Source: the human T2T-CHM13v2.0 reference genome, Homo sapiens. Taken from it: DNA of 64,000 nucleotides. Shown here in pieces: positions 44,030 through 60,193 of the stretch. The notes beneath the pieces were generated by a model, which saw only the letters and a program-made list of their open reading frames with translations, was not told the DNA's origin and did no database searches. The DNA lies in NCBI RefSeq assembly GCF_009914755.1, contig NC_060931.1; one strand, given 5' to 3'. Each line of letters begins with the position of its first letter. Positions within the stretch are counted from its first letter, which is position 1. A program made the translations under genes and the position numbers.

Positions 44030-44486
44030 GCTGTGGTGTGCCCTGCTGGGCATTAACAATTTCAGAGAATGTTAGCATCAGATGAGATCACTCTGTCACC
44101 AAACTGGAACAAGACAACACACCACAAGTGCAAACATCACAATGACAAATATCCTTCTCTCCTGGCAAATATGAATGACTACTGCTTCTTCTCCAGTGAC
44201 AATTCCAGCCCAACTTAGCATCTCCCACCTCCTATTCAAATTAATACAAATTGGTTCTACTACCTGACAGTACCTAATTCCAAACAAACCAATAGTTCCT
44301 TAAACTTTCCCTCAAATTATCCCGAATAAGATTGAATTTATAATAATCCTATCATAAGTCCCTCTTAATTCCCTCTCCACAATTTCCATGGTGCATGATT
44401 TTCCTTACTGTAGCAAATTAATACACATAAATGTGTTTGACTATAATAGGTATGTTTCTGATGGTCTTTGGGTAGTGGGATTAATA
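44030..44486 (+). mobile_element. Old solo LTR (ERV class, family uncertain)
   Basis: LTR-like organisation ending CTGTAGCAAATTAATACAC...GGTCTTTGGGTAGTGGGATTAATA. Confidence 0.45.
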
Positions 44487-46663
44487 TATACAAACATACA
44501 CATATTTGGCCATGTATATTTAGACCTACGTGCAATGACAGAGGGAGATACAGATCCAGACAGAAAAAAAAATGCCAGTTTCCTGGAAAAAACTTATCAA
44601 ATATTTAAGAAGTGCTAGATGAACCAACTGGACACTTGAACAAAATTAGTGGACAATAGCAATTTTCTGGCCAACACATTATAATATAACTAGGATTGGG
44701 TGATTCTGCATGATTTGAAAGAGACGGCAAAGCGAAGAACCCTATACGAGCTTTGAATTTTAAGAAAGTGAACGTCTATTCCAGGAAAGCATTACCCTTT
44801 CAATGCTGCAAAATCTTGGAAAAGCACAAACAGTTTTCAATCCCCACTACTCTGGTGTTTTATGAAGAGCTGATCCTGAGCCACTGGAGGCTCCCCTGGA
44901 AGTTTCTTCTTCACTTCTTATTCAGGTCTGTTAAAATTTTGCTATTTTCAAACATGACGTTTCTTTGTTCCTAATGTTTCTATGTAACTGTAGTCTTTAG
45001 GGCACACAATGAGGAAACTGGCCTTCAGACCTTATTTTACCACTCAATATTTGTAGCCACTGTGCTCAAATAGTCTTTTCAGTCAGGTCTCATTTCTCAT
45101 TACTTCCAGGCCAAGCAGAGGACTTCAGTCCAATTTGCTGGGAGTCGTGGTACCATTTTGAATTCCTCTCAGACCCTTTCTGCTTCCATCAATTTGGTTT
45201 GTCATGCTGACTTCTGGTGGATGAGATGTTTGTTCCCAAACAGTTCATCACCAGACTTCACTTCAAATCACTCACTGCTGTAGATCAAAAAAATGGTTGC
45301 CAATAAAGTGTTTGGCTATTTGAACTCTTGTTTTTGTTTTTTTCGTGTTCTCCACAACTTCACCAATCTTAACAAGTTTTCTTCAACCTCCCAAGAGCTC
45401 TCAAATTTTCTCAAGACTCGAGTCACAAGAACAAATGCAGATTTATATGTCAGTAGTAATCAACCAACTTAGATTGTGCCTATATGTAGGTATTAATTTT
45501 AATCCTTGATTAATTTTACTGGTTCAGCTAATCTAGGTGGACTTTATGAACAGATATAGTCTTATGTAGAGGCAAATCCAATATTTTTCTTTAAACTGTG
45601 AAGAAAATTGAAACGGTTACAGGAATGAAAGTCGTCTAATAGAAAGCTGTGAAATATACTTGTAGCACAGATTTTGTTTTTGAGTCCACCTAAGTTTGTA
45701 GCAAAGATTTCAAAGGCATTCACTTTTTTTCTTCATAAATTAAATGGGCAACCCATTCTTGATTAATTAAATAATACATTGTAAATGAAAGGACTTAAAT
45801 GATTTTTACATTGTGAAGGGTTCTGAATTAGTATTTATCTTTATGATTATCTCTCAGGTTAAAGATTTAGGCATCAGTAAATGAAGCCCCGTAAGATGTG
45901 TACACGGAATGCCGACAGTGAAAAGTCTACTAAAACGGTAGCTTCTCTAGGGAATGCACTCAATTAGACTATATCAGAAATAACATATCCTATAGGATTT
46001 ATAATTATTAAACCATTTAAAGAAGACACCTTCATTGTTTACTAATATACAGTAAAAATGGGAAAATACAAAATAAGCAGCAGTCAATAATTTTTTAATG
46101 AAATAAAAGTTAAATAGAATCAGTTCTTGTGAAATAGAGAAAACTTATTTAGATATTCCTGTGACAGTAAACATGGTATAACAATATGCCAGAGGCATAA
46201 GACACTTTCTAGTTGATTTTAAATACTGTGGTTTTATATTCTCAATCCACGCTTTTAAATAATACTACACAGAGAATGTAGTGGGCTCATTAACTACAGT
46301 AAATGTAAAAGAGAAACATACTACTGAAGTAGGCATATTTTTAAAATTATGTTCCCACTCAGGATAACTTTTCTCTCTGCATCTCAAATTCTTATATGTA
46401 CTGCAGACATACTAAGATGCAACTGTTAGGAACGTATTAATAAAAAAAGTAAACAGTAAGAGTGACACCTTTTATCTAATGAGCGCTTTGTGCCTTCAGT
46501 TCTATCTTGCTAGGTCATCAAACCAGAGAGAGAAGAGGCACACCTGTGTTTTTTGAGACAAAAACTAAACAAAATTTCTCTGAGGTCAGGAGAAATAAGG
46601 GTGACCAATTGAGAACTATCACATTTTTCCTTACATAAAGGGATTCATCCTTCTGTTGTAACT

Positions 46664-48345
46664 TCATCTACACCATGGAATACCATGCAGCCATAGAAAA
46701 AGAATAAGTGCAGGACCGTTGCAGGGACATGGATGAAGCTAGAAGCCATCATTCTCAGCAAACTAACACAAGAACAGAAAACCAAATACTGTATGTTCAT
46801 ACTCATAAGTGGGAGTTGAACAATAAAAACATGTGGACACAGGGAGCGGAACGTCACACACTGAGGCTGTGTCCGGAATTGGTGGGTTCTTGGTCTCACT
46901 GACTTCAAGTATGAAGCCACGGACCCTCGCGGTGAGTGTTACAGCTCTTAAGGTGGCACATCTGGAGTTTGTTCTTTCTGATGTTCAGATGTGTTCGGAG
47001 TTTCTTCCTTCTGGTGGGTTCGTGGTCTCGCTGGCTCAGGAGTGAAGCTGCAGACCTTCCAGGTGACTGTTACAGCTCTAAAGACACGGTGTCTGGAGTT
47101 GTTCATTCCTCCCAGTGGGCTTGTGGTTTCACCGGCTTTAGGATTGAAGCTGCAGACCTTTGTGGTGAGTGTTACAGCTCATAAAAGCAGTGTAGACCCA
47201 AAGAGTGAGCAGTAGCAAGATTTATTGCAAAGAGCGAAGGAACAAAGTTTCCACAACGTGTAAGGGGACCTGAGCACGTTGCCGCTGCTGGCTGGGGCAG
47301 CCTGCTTTTATTCTCTTATCTGGCCCCACCCACATCCTGCTGATTGGTAGAGCCCAGTGGTCTGTTTTGACAGGGCGCTGATTGGTGCGTTTATAATCCC
47401 TGAGCTAGACATAAAGGTTCTCCATGTCCCCACTAGATTAGCTAGATACAGAGTGTCCATTGGTGCATTCACAAACCCTGAGCTAGACACAGAGTGCTGA
47501 TTGGTGTGTTTACAAACCTTAAGCTAGATAGAGAGTGCTGATTGGTATATTTACAATCCCTGGGCTAGACATAAAGGTTCTCCACGACCCCACCAGACTC
47601 AGGAGCCCAGCTGGCTTCACCCAGTGGAATCCCGCATCGGGGCTGCAGGTGGAGCTGCCTGTCAGTCCCGCGCCGTGCGCCCGCACTCCTCAGCCCTTGG
47701 GTGGTTGACGGGACTGGGCGCCGTGGAGCAGGGGGCGGCGCTCATTGGGGAGGCTCGGGCCGCACAGGTGCCCATGGAGGGAGTGAGAGGCTCAGGCATG
47801 GCGGACTGCAGGTCCCGAGACCTGCCCCGCGGGAAGGCAGCTAAGGCCAGGTGAGAAATCGAGCGCAGCGCCGGTGGGCTGGCACTTCTGGGGGACCCAG
47901 TACACCCTCCTCAGCCGCTGGCCCGGGTGCTAAGCCCCTCATTGCCTGGGGCCGGCAGGGCCGGCCGGCTGCTCCGAGTGCGGGGCCCGCCAAGCCCACG
48001 CCCACCCAGAACTCCAGCTGGCCCGCAAGCGCCACGCGCAGCCCCGGTTCCCGCTCCCGCCTCTCCCTCCACACCTCCCTGCAAGCTGAGGGAGCCGGCT
48101 CTGGCCTTGGCCAGGCCAGAAAGGGGATCCCACAGTGCAGCGGTGGGTTGAAGGGCGCCTCAAGTGCCGCCATAGTGGGAGCCCAGGCAGAGGGGGCGCG
48201 TAGAGCGAGTGAGGGCTGTGAGGACTGCCAGCACACTGTCACCTCTCAAGGCCTGTCGTGGGGTGGGGGACAGGGGGAGGGATAGCATTAGGAGAAATAC
48301 CTAATGCATGCAGGGCTTAAAACATAGATGACCGGTTGATAGGCA
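46664..48345 (+). mobile_element. L1PA8-like 3' UTR fragment split by LTR12C
   Basis: ACACCATGGAATACCATGCAGCC...CACACACTGAGGC [LTR] AGGCCTGTCGTGGGG...CCTAATGCATGCAGGGCTTAAAAC. Confidence 0.88.
46868..48248 (-). mobile_element. LTR12C (ERV9) solo LTR
   Basis: Termini TGTGTCCGGAATT...GTCACCTCTCA; perfect 4-bp TSD AGGC (46864-46867, 48249-48252); five ATTGG motifs; TTTATT at 47307-47312. Confidence 0.97.
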
Positions 48346-49079
48346 TTTTTATAGATAGCAAATTGGAGAACAAAAAGCACAATGGGTTTTTCTCTGGAGC
48401 AAATTGTCCTGCTACACAATGGTGGTTAAAATTGATACCATTCTTGTAAAGGAATAGCCTCAAATGTCTGTGTTAAAGACCCCAAGCAAATGCTGGCAAT
48501 TAAATGAACAATTTTATAATTTTGTTCTAGAGTACAAATTAAAGTTTAAATAAACGTAGTGTGCATCAATACATTTATTTAGAACAAACTAGTTTTAACC
48601 TGAGTCAAAGTTGAGCTCCTATTTGAGAAGTTTTCCTAATATAGCCAATAAAAGAGTTTTGATTAAATTATAATATTTTGGTAAACATAGCCATTTAACA
48701 TTTTTACTCTGATTGTATAAAAGGAGTGTTGCAAAAAAAGCCAGTTAGACACTTGTTTTATTGTCTCGTGTTTATGATATTTGTAAGATATTTCAATAAA
48801 TTTGTGCATATATAGGAATATATATGTACTATTTTTACAAATAAGAAAAATATGAAAGCTCAGAAGAAAAAGGAGATTAAATTATCTACTAAATTCTTGC
48901 TGGGTATGCAATCTTCCTGAAAATGATTACCTTGGGTCCTTTCTGCCTATTGTATTCCTTGAAAACCCTTCACCCAGGGTTTCTTAGCTAATTAAAGGTA
49001 CAAAATAATTACTGATACCAATCATCTTTGTTCTGCATAAATGTCTTTTGTCTTAATTTTAGGTCCTGGGGTTTACTGA

Positions 49080-49275
49080 CCAGTGTGGTTGCTTTGTTTG
49101 CAACTTTTAAATGCCAGTGTATTTAAAACTAATTCAGGAAGCATGTTTAAAAAAGCAGATTTCTAGGAACCACACTTAGAGATTCTAATACATTACGTCT
49201 GTAGAGGCCCTAGGAATCCGCATTTTAATTTGTACCTGCAGCTCATTGTGAAGTTGGCCCACAGGCAAAACTTAG
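49080..49275. mobile_element. MER5-like hAT-Charlie fragment
   Basis: GCAGATTTCTAGGAACCACAC...AGATTCTAAT...GGCCCTAGGAATCCGCATTTTAA. Confidence 0.6.
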
Positions 49276-49883
49276 GGAACCTTATGGATACTTCGTAAGA
49301 GTGATAAAGAGTTGGGCAAATGAAGTAAGTTAAATAGTGTATTGTTTCATGGCCCAGTAGTTTCTTAAATTTCATAGTAGACTTTTGTTCTTCAACAGGA
49401 CCTTCGCAGTTAATATAAATCTGAAGGTTAAGCGCACCTATAATTCATAAGCAAAAAAGGGAGACCATCACACCTTTTCCCCTTGGTTCACTGTTAATTT
49501 GATCAGAGAGACTTAGAGGGATGTGAAATGGCCAAAATTTTAATAGCAATCATTGGCTTCTGATTGGCATGTTAGAACTGGTGCAGTATGCCAGTAATCT
49601 TAATTGAGTGAGCACTTTCCCAGACAGATCTCTTTGCCACTTTTAGGCCATTAGTATCTGTGAAGAGCCAGATCAGGAATTGCACATATAGCAGGTTGGA
49701 GCTGTGATAGGAAGTGACTGAAGTCACCCAGTAGGAAACTAGAGGCATTAATAAATACTGTTGGCTGATCAAACTTGATATGCTAAAATTTGCTATTTCA
49801 GAACATTTTGAGGTTAAAAGAAAAATTAAAAAGCCACATCTTTGAAGGCAACTGAGTTTATGATTAAATTATGCTTTAAATTG

Positions 49884-49905
49884 AGTGTGTGTGTGTGTGT
49901 GTGTG
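49884..49905. repeat. (GT)n microsatellite
   Basis: Directly visible. Confidence 0.95.
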
Positions 49906-50979
49906 TTTTCTGTTACTAGCACTCTGACCAAGTCTGAATTCACCAATAAAAAGAGGATAATGATGCCTATTGTGTAAGACTGCTGTGAAGATTAAAAGAG
50001 GTCAAAAACTAAAAAATGCTTGGCAGAGCACCAGGAAAAAAAAATGTGTACAATTTTATATGTATTTTCTTCCTTGTTCCAGTTTGTTCGCTATGAATAC
50101 ATTTTGAATCTCCTTCCTCAATTTCGGCTTGTGTGTTTAAATCTCCTTTTTACTTTTATTCAAAAAAGATTATTGGTAGTTTTTTAAAAAAGTGCTAGGG
50201 AATAATCAGAATATAAAAGAAAATTGAATTGTAGCCTGTTGTAGACAGGATTTTTGATACTTGTTTTCTGTCATATAAACAGTATTTATTTTCCCTTTGA
50301 CAACTTTTGAAGCAAATGTTCAAATAAACCCAGATATCTTTTATAGCTATTGAGTGCTGTTAATTTTACTTGGATATTATTAGAAATAAATTTATACTAT
50401 TTTATTTGAAAATCATAACATACACTTAAATATAATTTTACACATTTGTACTGAGAAACACATATTTACATTTTATTATGAAAATAGGATGTATAAGAAA
50501 GAAAATAAGTAACTTTCTAAATACACTTGTTTTCTATAAGATGAAGCCAGCTTTCTCACCAATCATTTTTGATTTTAGATTTTTCACTTACAACTTACCT
50601 TGGTTTAAAATGACTTAGAGCTCATTTTTTAAAGACACAAATATGTTTTATGTAGGTGATGTTATTCTATTTGCGCAGAGCCATTTAACCACCGCAATAA
50701 AGAATGATACAAAAAGTTTAGATTAAAGAAAGTTTGGATTAAACACTGAATTCTTGGTAAAAATATTTCATGATAAGAAGTTGAATACTTATACAAATCA
50801 TAGCCTAAGAACAACATTTGAGGGGTCATCAGTTTAACTTAAATCCTTTTCAAGTACATTTGGTTACTAACATGAAAGAAAAGGCTTTCATCTGAAGACA
50901 GTTTCAGTTTCTGAAGTTGTCCCATACAATTGACTTCTCTACATTGTTGTTATGATGAATTTCTAATACAGCCTTAATA

Positions 50980-51020
50980 TTAGGTTGGTGCAAAGGTAGT
51001 TGTGGTTTTTGCCGTTTACA
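50980..51020. mobile_element. MADE1 (Hsmar1-derived) half element
   Basis: TA then TTAGGTTGGTGCAAAGGTAGTTGTGGTTTTTGCC matches the MADE1 terminal inverted repeat. Confidence 0.8.
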
Positions 51021-52649
51021 ATGAAGACTTCAAAAATCATCTGATATGATGAAATATAAAACCCTTCAGGTATTAATACACAAGTAAAATTATAAACTCT
51101 CTTGGGGGTCTGAACTTACATTTTAACTCTTTGATGTAATTTGAGTGCTCCCAACTTAAAGTACCTTTTAAAATTAAAACATTTGTTAGAATATTCTAAA
51201 ATCAAAATCTGTAATGAAAAGAGCCAAACTACGTGATTATTAAGACCTACAATGTTTCATTGTAGAAATAAGGGAAAACTGGCTGGTAAATCTGCCATTC
51301 AGCTACCAGCTTTTATACTAATTAGGAAATCAAACTGAGGGCTTGCCAGCAGTGTTGCTTCATTTAAAACAAAATATGAAAATAAATGTGTATATGAGAA
51401 ACTTGGGTAGACCCAATTGAGTAGAAGACATTGTCTGAATAGTCACTGCTTTTCATCAGATAGGGATGCATTTATTATATTTGTATTCTCTACTCTCTAC
51501 ATTTGAAAAATACTCCTAGTGAAGAGCATTAACTTTAAAAACATGACTAGGAATAATGTTTGCTTTTTTTTTCTCAATTCATGTTGCCAGCTTCTAAAAT
51601 GTCTCGGTACAATTAGGTTATTTATAAGAAGTGATGTATCCTTAGACTGTGTTATGAATTATATCTCTGGAGAGATAGAGAGTTGACCAAAAATGGAAGA
51701 AGGTTAGAATAATAAGTTTTTGAAATATTTCATCATTAAATATTTTCTTTGAGTACCACAGTTTTTTTTCTTCACTTCTTTTAGTATGGAAATTGATCAT
51801 TTCTTTTAAAACAAGTGTGGCTGCATGTAATTTAATACTATAATTCAACTATTTATAAATTTTTATCATGTGTTCCTTTCCAAAATTCATGCATGTAAGA
51901 TTACAAATGTGCATATTCTCAGCCAATTCTGCTATTTCCTACAATATATTTATGAAAGACTTATTGGCAAATGTAATCTATAATGTAGCTCACCTAATGT
52001 ACAAAATGTAATACTTGGCTAAAAAATATTTTTCAAATAAAAATATTTACTATTCTTTCATGAACTGAAATGTAATGTTATAAAATACTTGTATATGTTA
52101 ACTATTAGGAAAGTATAGAATAAAGCTTGAAGAATGCAGGCGTTATTGAAAATAGTCAAATTTTCAATAAGCTTCCAAGAATATTGCAGTATTGCAGATA
52201 TCTACATTTTCTTCATTTTAAGAACAAGAATCTTATTTAACTTGGTTGAATGAACATAAGGCCTCGGGGATATCATTTTAGTGTCACTTCATGTCAAACC
52301 AATACATTAAAACCAGTGTTCCAAATATTCTAACCCATTCAAGCAAAAAACATTCACCAAAGTAAAATGCAATGTAAAAGGTACTATAGAGTGTTTCAAA
52401 GTAACAACTATCCTATGTTAGTCACATGAATATTTAGAATAAAGGAAAAAGTAATGAAATGGAAACATGTAGAGAAAGAGAACTCTGAATATGCTTAAAT
52501 GTGTACCAATAACAGTCAATCTGTAAATAACACAAACTCATATATCAGTCAACAACAAGAAGCTTTGGTTGATAGAAAAAGGAGTCCTAATATAAAATTA
52601 ATTTCTTCTGTTTCTTTTTCTTTTGTTTTGTTTTAAATTTGTTCCCTAG

Positions 52650-52721
52650 ATCTGTTTTGTGGAAAGGAAAGGAGTGGCTCTACTGAACATCTGTGATACC
52701 CAGCTGCACATTGGCATTTGG
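52650..52721 (+). other. Candidate 72-nt internal exon of an unidentified transcript
   Basis: CCTAAT branch-point-like motif, ~60-nt AG-free pyrimidine-rich tract, CCCTAG acceptor, TGG/GTAAGA donor; frame 0 open. Confidence 0.4.
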
Positions 52722-55323
52722 GTAAGATTTGATTGATGGCGTACTTGAACGTAGATTTACAAATGTGGCCCAAGGCCAGTTTTCCTTTATTTCTACAATG
52801 AAGCACTGTAAGTCTTAATATTAAGTGTTTACTGGAAAGGAGAACAAGAAAGCAGTTTCTAGCAACATGCAGAGAATGAAAACAGGTGAATTAATCAGTA
52901 TTACTACCTACCCATAGGTCCCACAGCTTATCATAGATATTCCAACCATGAAATACTAGCTACTCAATAGCATAGAAAAATTGACTTAAAATAGCCTGCC
53001 AGTGCTATTACCCTGGTGCTGTCAATTGGATACTTTCAAAACTTCTGTTTTGTCTGCTAATCCTTTTGTGGGTTTTTTTTTGTATGTTTATTTGTTTTAC
53101 ATATGGGTGCTCTCTTTGTTAAAATTTAAAAGGTATAATGTAACATGGTTTGATTAGAGCCTTCTAAAACAGTACATCGAAAGCCTTATGGTCTAGGAAC
53201 TGTTTATGAGCTTGAGAATGGTTACAGAGTAATAAACACTTTTTTTTCACCTTTGCCTAAAATCTGCGTATCTGTCTATACAAACAAGAAAATCTTGTTA
53301 ATTCTGTTTTCAAACCTATTAAATTAATGGGAGAGATGGCAACTAATATTTGGTACTTTTCCACAAAAGTTTGAAAGGATGGCTAAACTTTACCATAAGG
53401 TAAATAACAACACAGTAAAATCACAGTTGAAATTGACAGATGTGGAAAGGTGAAATCCATGTTGTTAATTTGCTGGAATCACTTAAACTTTTAGAAATAT
53501 GCCTTTACTTCCGTCATTGAAAGACTTTCCCATCTACAAAGCAAAATCTGATATTTTTAAAAGATCAGCTTACCAGAACTATTATTTATTTAACAAGAGA
53601 AAAAGATATTCCTAATGTAAGACTATACTTAATTTTAAAATGGCCCAAATTCTTCATCATGTTTTGATTTGTATCCCGATAATGTCAAGAATACCTCTTA
53701 GCCCTTATAAAGAGATTACTCATGGTTTTTCTCCTTAGTGTTCCCCATGGAAATTTACTTTATTGGACATATTATGCTCTTCTTATTTCTAGCTTATCTT
53801 GCTTTTTTTAAAACACTATTTGATAATATAGATAATAATAATAATATGACTACATATTGGCATAGCTCTTTTAAATTAGCAAAGTTTTCTTGCAGACATA
53901 ATTTAAAATTATAATCACATAAATTGTATAAAATATATAGAATAGGAATGTATATTAAAATTAGCCCCATAAATGGATCAAATTTGTTAGCTAGATAATA
54001 GGTAAGAAAGAGCTGGAGTTGGAACTCTGAAAGCCTAACTCCAAGCTTAGAGATTCTTCCAGGTTGACTCACCATGAGTGGCTTCCAAAGCATGCTTCAT
54101 ATACCTTTTCTATTCACTTATGTAAGTATCTCATAATTTCACTGAATATAAATTAGAAAGTATATCATCAAAAGTGATCAGAGACTCTACATGATCAAAA
54201 TATGGATGAAATTAGAGAGAATCTCTGTAAAAAGTTTTTGTCCAGAAACATAAATATCCATAAACTGCTAAAACTTTGAACATAATTTTTATTGTTGTTA
54301 TTTAAGATTACTCGATTCGTTATTTCAAATTCTAATTGACAACACAAATAACTTTTAGACTTTTAAGGGAAATAAGTTAAATTCTAACACTTTGGAAAAA
54401 TAAAGGTGAAAAGCAAAATTCCAGTATGCTCCAAAATATAAAGGTACTAAACAAACAAACAAAAGCAAATATGCACTTACAAATACAGAAGAGCATTTAA
54501 TAAAATCTATTTATGAGCTTCTCCACAAACATACAGAGTTAATGTAAATAACTCTAATGCTAACATGTAGTGTTGATCCCAATACTATGGTTATTGGTAA
54601 TTCAATAAAACATTGACTTTTGGAGGAAATAATAATCACAAATTAAGGTGAATAATATAAAGTAGAGTAAATAACTAATATTTGCTGAATTTGTTTTTGT
54701 GAGGTTATTCTAACTTATTCTCATAAAGGAAAACAAAAATGTATCCAGAATAATGTAATTATATAGACCTTGAATAAGAAACAAGAAGTCTGTTTAATAG
54801 TAAAAATAAATTTATGTGTTAAGTTAGGTAAAAAAAAAGTTTAGATGCTGAGATAGAATACTTTCCACTTTTGTGGTTGACAAATGCCAGGATTATTTTA
54901 TAAAAATTACATTTTGTAGGTCCATTGCTTTCACATTTCAGTTGTCATGATAATGTTAAGTGTATAACATCCATCATAAATTTAAAAGGGCAAACACAAT
55001 GTTCCATTTGAAAAAGACTTTGATAATTTACAGGAAAAAAAAAACTTGAAGTCTATACAAGACTTATACAGAATTCTTAACGCTTTTAATCACAAAAGCA
55101 TCTCGTTCATTCCCTCAGCCAGAGACAATGAAAACAGAATTTTAAGTCATTTTCATCTAGGCTTTCAAAAATTTGAGAGCCATGCAGTTTTATTTTTAAA
55201 ACACTGATAAGTAATTATACATGACTGAGATGCTCTACTTTTGCAATATTAACCCTTGATGGGTTTTTAAATAATCTATACATGAGCTGTTCACTCTTTA
55301 GCAACATTTTATGTCCTCTTTCA

Positions 55324-56471
<1,148 letters not shown>

Positions 56472-56504
56472 AAAAAACAAGGAAATTTATCAGTTAACGA
56501 TATT

Positions 56505-56918
<414 letters not shown>

Positions 56919-59345
56919 TTATATTTGCAGAACTTCAGAATATAAAGTAAAGTTAAAGGAAGGGGAGGAAAAGCAAAAGAAAGAGAAGGTGGTATGATAG
57001 GAAAAGAAGGAGGGGGAATAACATTTCGAATTCCTATGACATTAATACATTCATTTATAAAATAAGTATGAAGTATGTTTATTGTCAAGAATTAAACTAA
57101 TGTAGAATATATTATTTCATAATTATTATTAAATTAATCCAAATTTGTATAAATAAGGATTTAAATTATTATTAAATTAACCAATTGTTTAAATTTTCTT
57201 TACTTTTATATTAAAATAAATGACAAAGAAAATTAATTTTTCTCTTATTAGTAACTTACAGAAGCAAAACGGCAAAGTTAAATGGGTTTGAAAACATTAC
57301 TTGAAACAATAGTAAGTTATTTTTCATCAACATTTGGTTGGATGATCTAAGTCCTTTTGAACTGTCGTACTATCAGTCCTGATGGAATAGTGCATCCATT
57401 TTCAATGATGAACAATGGATTTTAGGGCTTTGGCTCCTTTCCATGAAGTATAGAAAAGGAGTTGCAGAAAATAATGCTGTAAAACAAAACCAGCCAGGAG
57501 TCAGAGTGAGGAGATCCTTTTACTTTTTTTTTTTTTTTTAATAGGTGTCTTGGATATTTGGGTCATGTTCTAAACTTAGCTCAGAGATGTAATACTCTCT
57601 AGTAGGGGGCTCAATTTTCAGTCTGTGGGTAGGAGATTTCTAAAGATTTACTTTCTGAATTCTTAAATCAATTAGTTATAATGTGTATTCTTTAGCTGCA
57701 GAGCCTTCATCCCAATTCTAACACAAGAAGCATAACTCTACAACCTTTGTAGTATTTAACTTGTATCATTTTCAAGAGAAACTGGGCATTGTCTTACAGA
57801 GCTGGTACTCAGGATCGTAACATGATTTTTCTTCCTTTTTCTCCGTGGGAAATGTCTACCCCATGGTGTTTAAACATGACATTGTAAAGAATAATCAGTA
57901 CAGACTTTAGCTGAGCCAGGCAGTTACTGTTTTCTTTTGAAATAGATGATCAATAACATTCTCCCCTCTTGTATTTTCTTTCCCTCTTTTTCAAAGAGAA
58001 TCAGGAACATAACTACTTCTAAATATAACAATATAAATTTATAAAGGAGCTATACTGTTAGGTACCAAGAAATGTGTAACTTTTGTGTTAATTTTCTTCA
58101 ATTATAATTGTCTCAGAAATGTACCCTGCATACCAAAAATGGGTTGAAAGCTACTGCAGCACATGATGTCCATGTTGCAGTTGGCCAGCATCATCTTTGT
58201 TCACTATTTTTGAAGCTTTCTGAGACAAAATTTTGCCTGCCTTCTTCCCATCCTCTTTGCCTCTCTCTTACCTCTTGCATTTGACATTTTCCTTTCATCT
58301 CTCTTCTTTCTGTATTTAATTGATCATTTAAAAGTCCTGTTCTCCTTTTCTTACTTGATCTCATCTTTCAGGAGTCTCCTGAATCCACACATGGCAAATG
58401 TTTCAAATTTACACATTTTAATAGTCGCTTGAGTGGTGTATGAAGGAGTGGGAAAGACAGCAGACACTTTATCTGGCCTTTGCATTGTTCCTCATTTTGA
58501 CCAGATCACCATCAACAACTCTGATCAAGCTGTTCTCTTTTAGCACCAAATTTAATTATTTTCTAAAATCCAAATACTTTGTTTGCAGAAAAGTGGTTTT
58601 TTCTTATCATCTCTCTCTATAATATTTTTCATCCTCTGATGATTCTGAATCATTTCTAAGTAGTGGCATCTTTGCTATGATTGTAACTCATAAACAGCAT
58701 CCGAGTTATGCAACATGGCTTAGGTAGAGAAAGTGGCAAATATTTTTTGGCTCTAACCAAATTTCCTATTTCTGTTTTCATAGTCTACATACAGAAAGAA
58801 AACAAAGCCCTGAGCAAGAAACCTGCTATGTGGGTGTCAGTACCTTGAAAGCCAGGATGGGTACAAGTTGTTCAGAGGCTTTAAGCATATCAGTTAATGT
58901 CTTCCCCAAAGCCATGGTCAACCACAATCTGCAGAAGTATGCTAAATAGGCATTGTGCAAGTATTGCTCATTCACAGGCAAAAAAATTTCCTTTCTGTTC
59001 TTGCGCAGTCTTACATGAATAAGGAATTGGAAACAGCTTCCTGTGCTACACGAAACAGAACTCCTGGGTTAAAATTAGTCCCAGCAATGTCCGTAATTAG
59101 TGGTATAAGAGGGCATGTGTTGCTAATCCTCTCTGGCCCTCACTTTTCTCATTTTGGAGGTTGTTCTTGACCAAAAAATATATGGCATTAAAGTTTTAGC
59201 AAACGAAAGCCATTTCTCTTTCTTCCATGACTGAATCTGAAATGAGCTGGGGCTGATAGAAAATTTTGTCTGTGTTAAGAAATCACGCTGTTACTTAACT
59301 ACCACCACCACCACCTCACCCCTCCAACCAACCACCACCAAAACT

Positions 59346-60193
<848 letters not shown>

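Noticed and set aside
57301-57476. Minus-strand exon candidate (TTTTACAG acceptor, GTAATG donor)
   Set aside because: Weak donor and stops in all three frames; cannot be supported without RNA data
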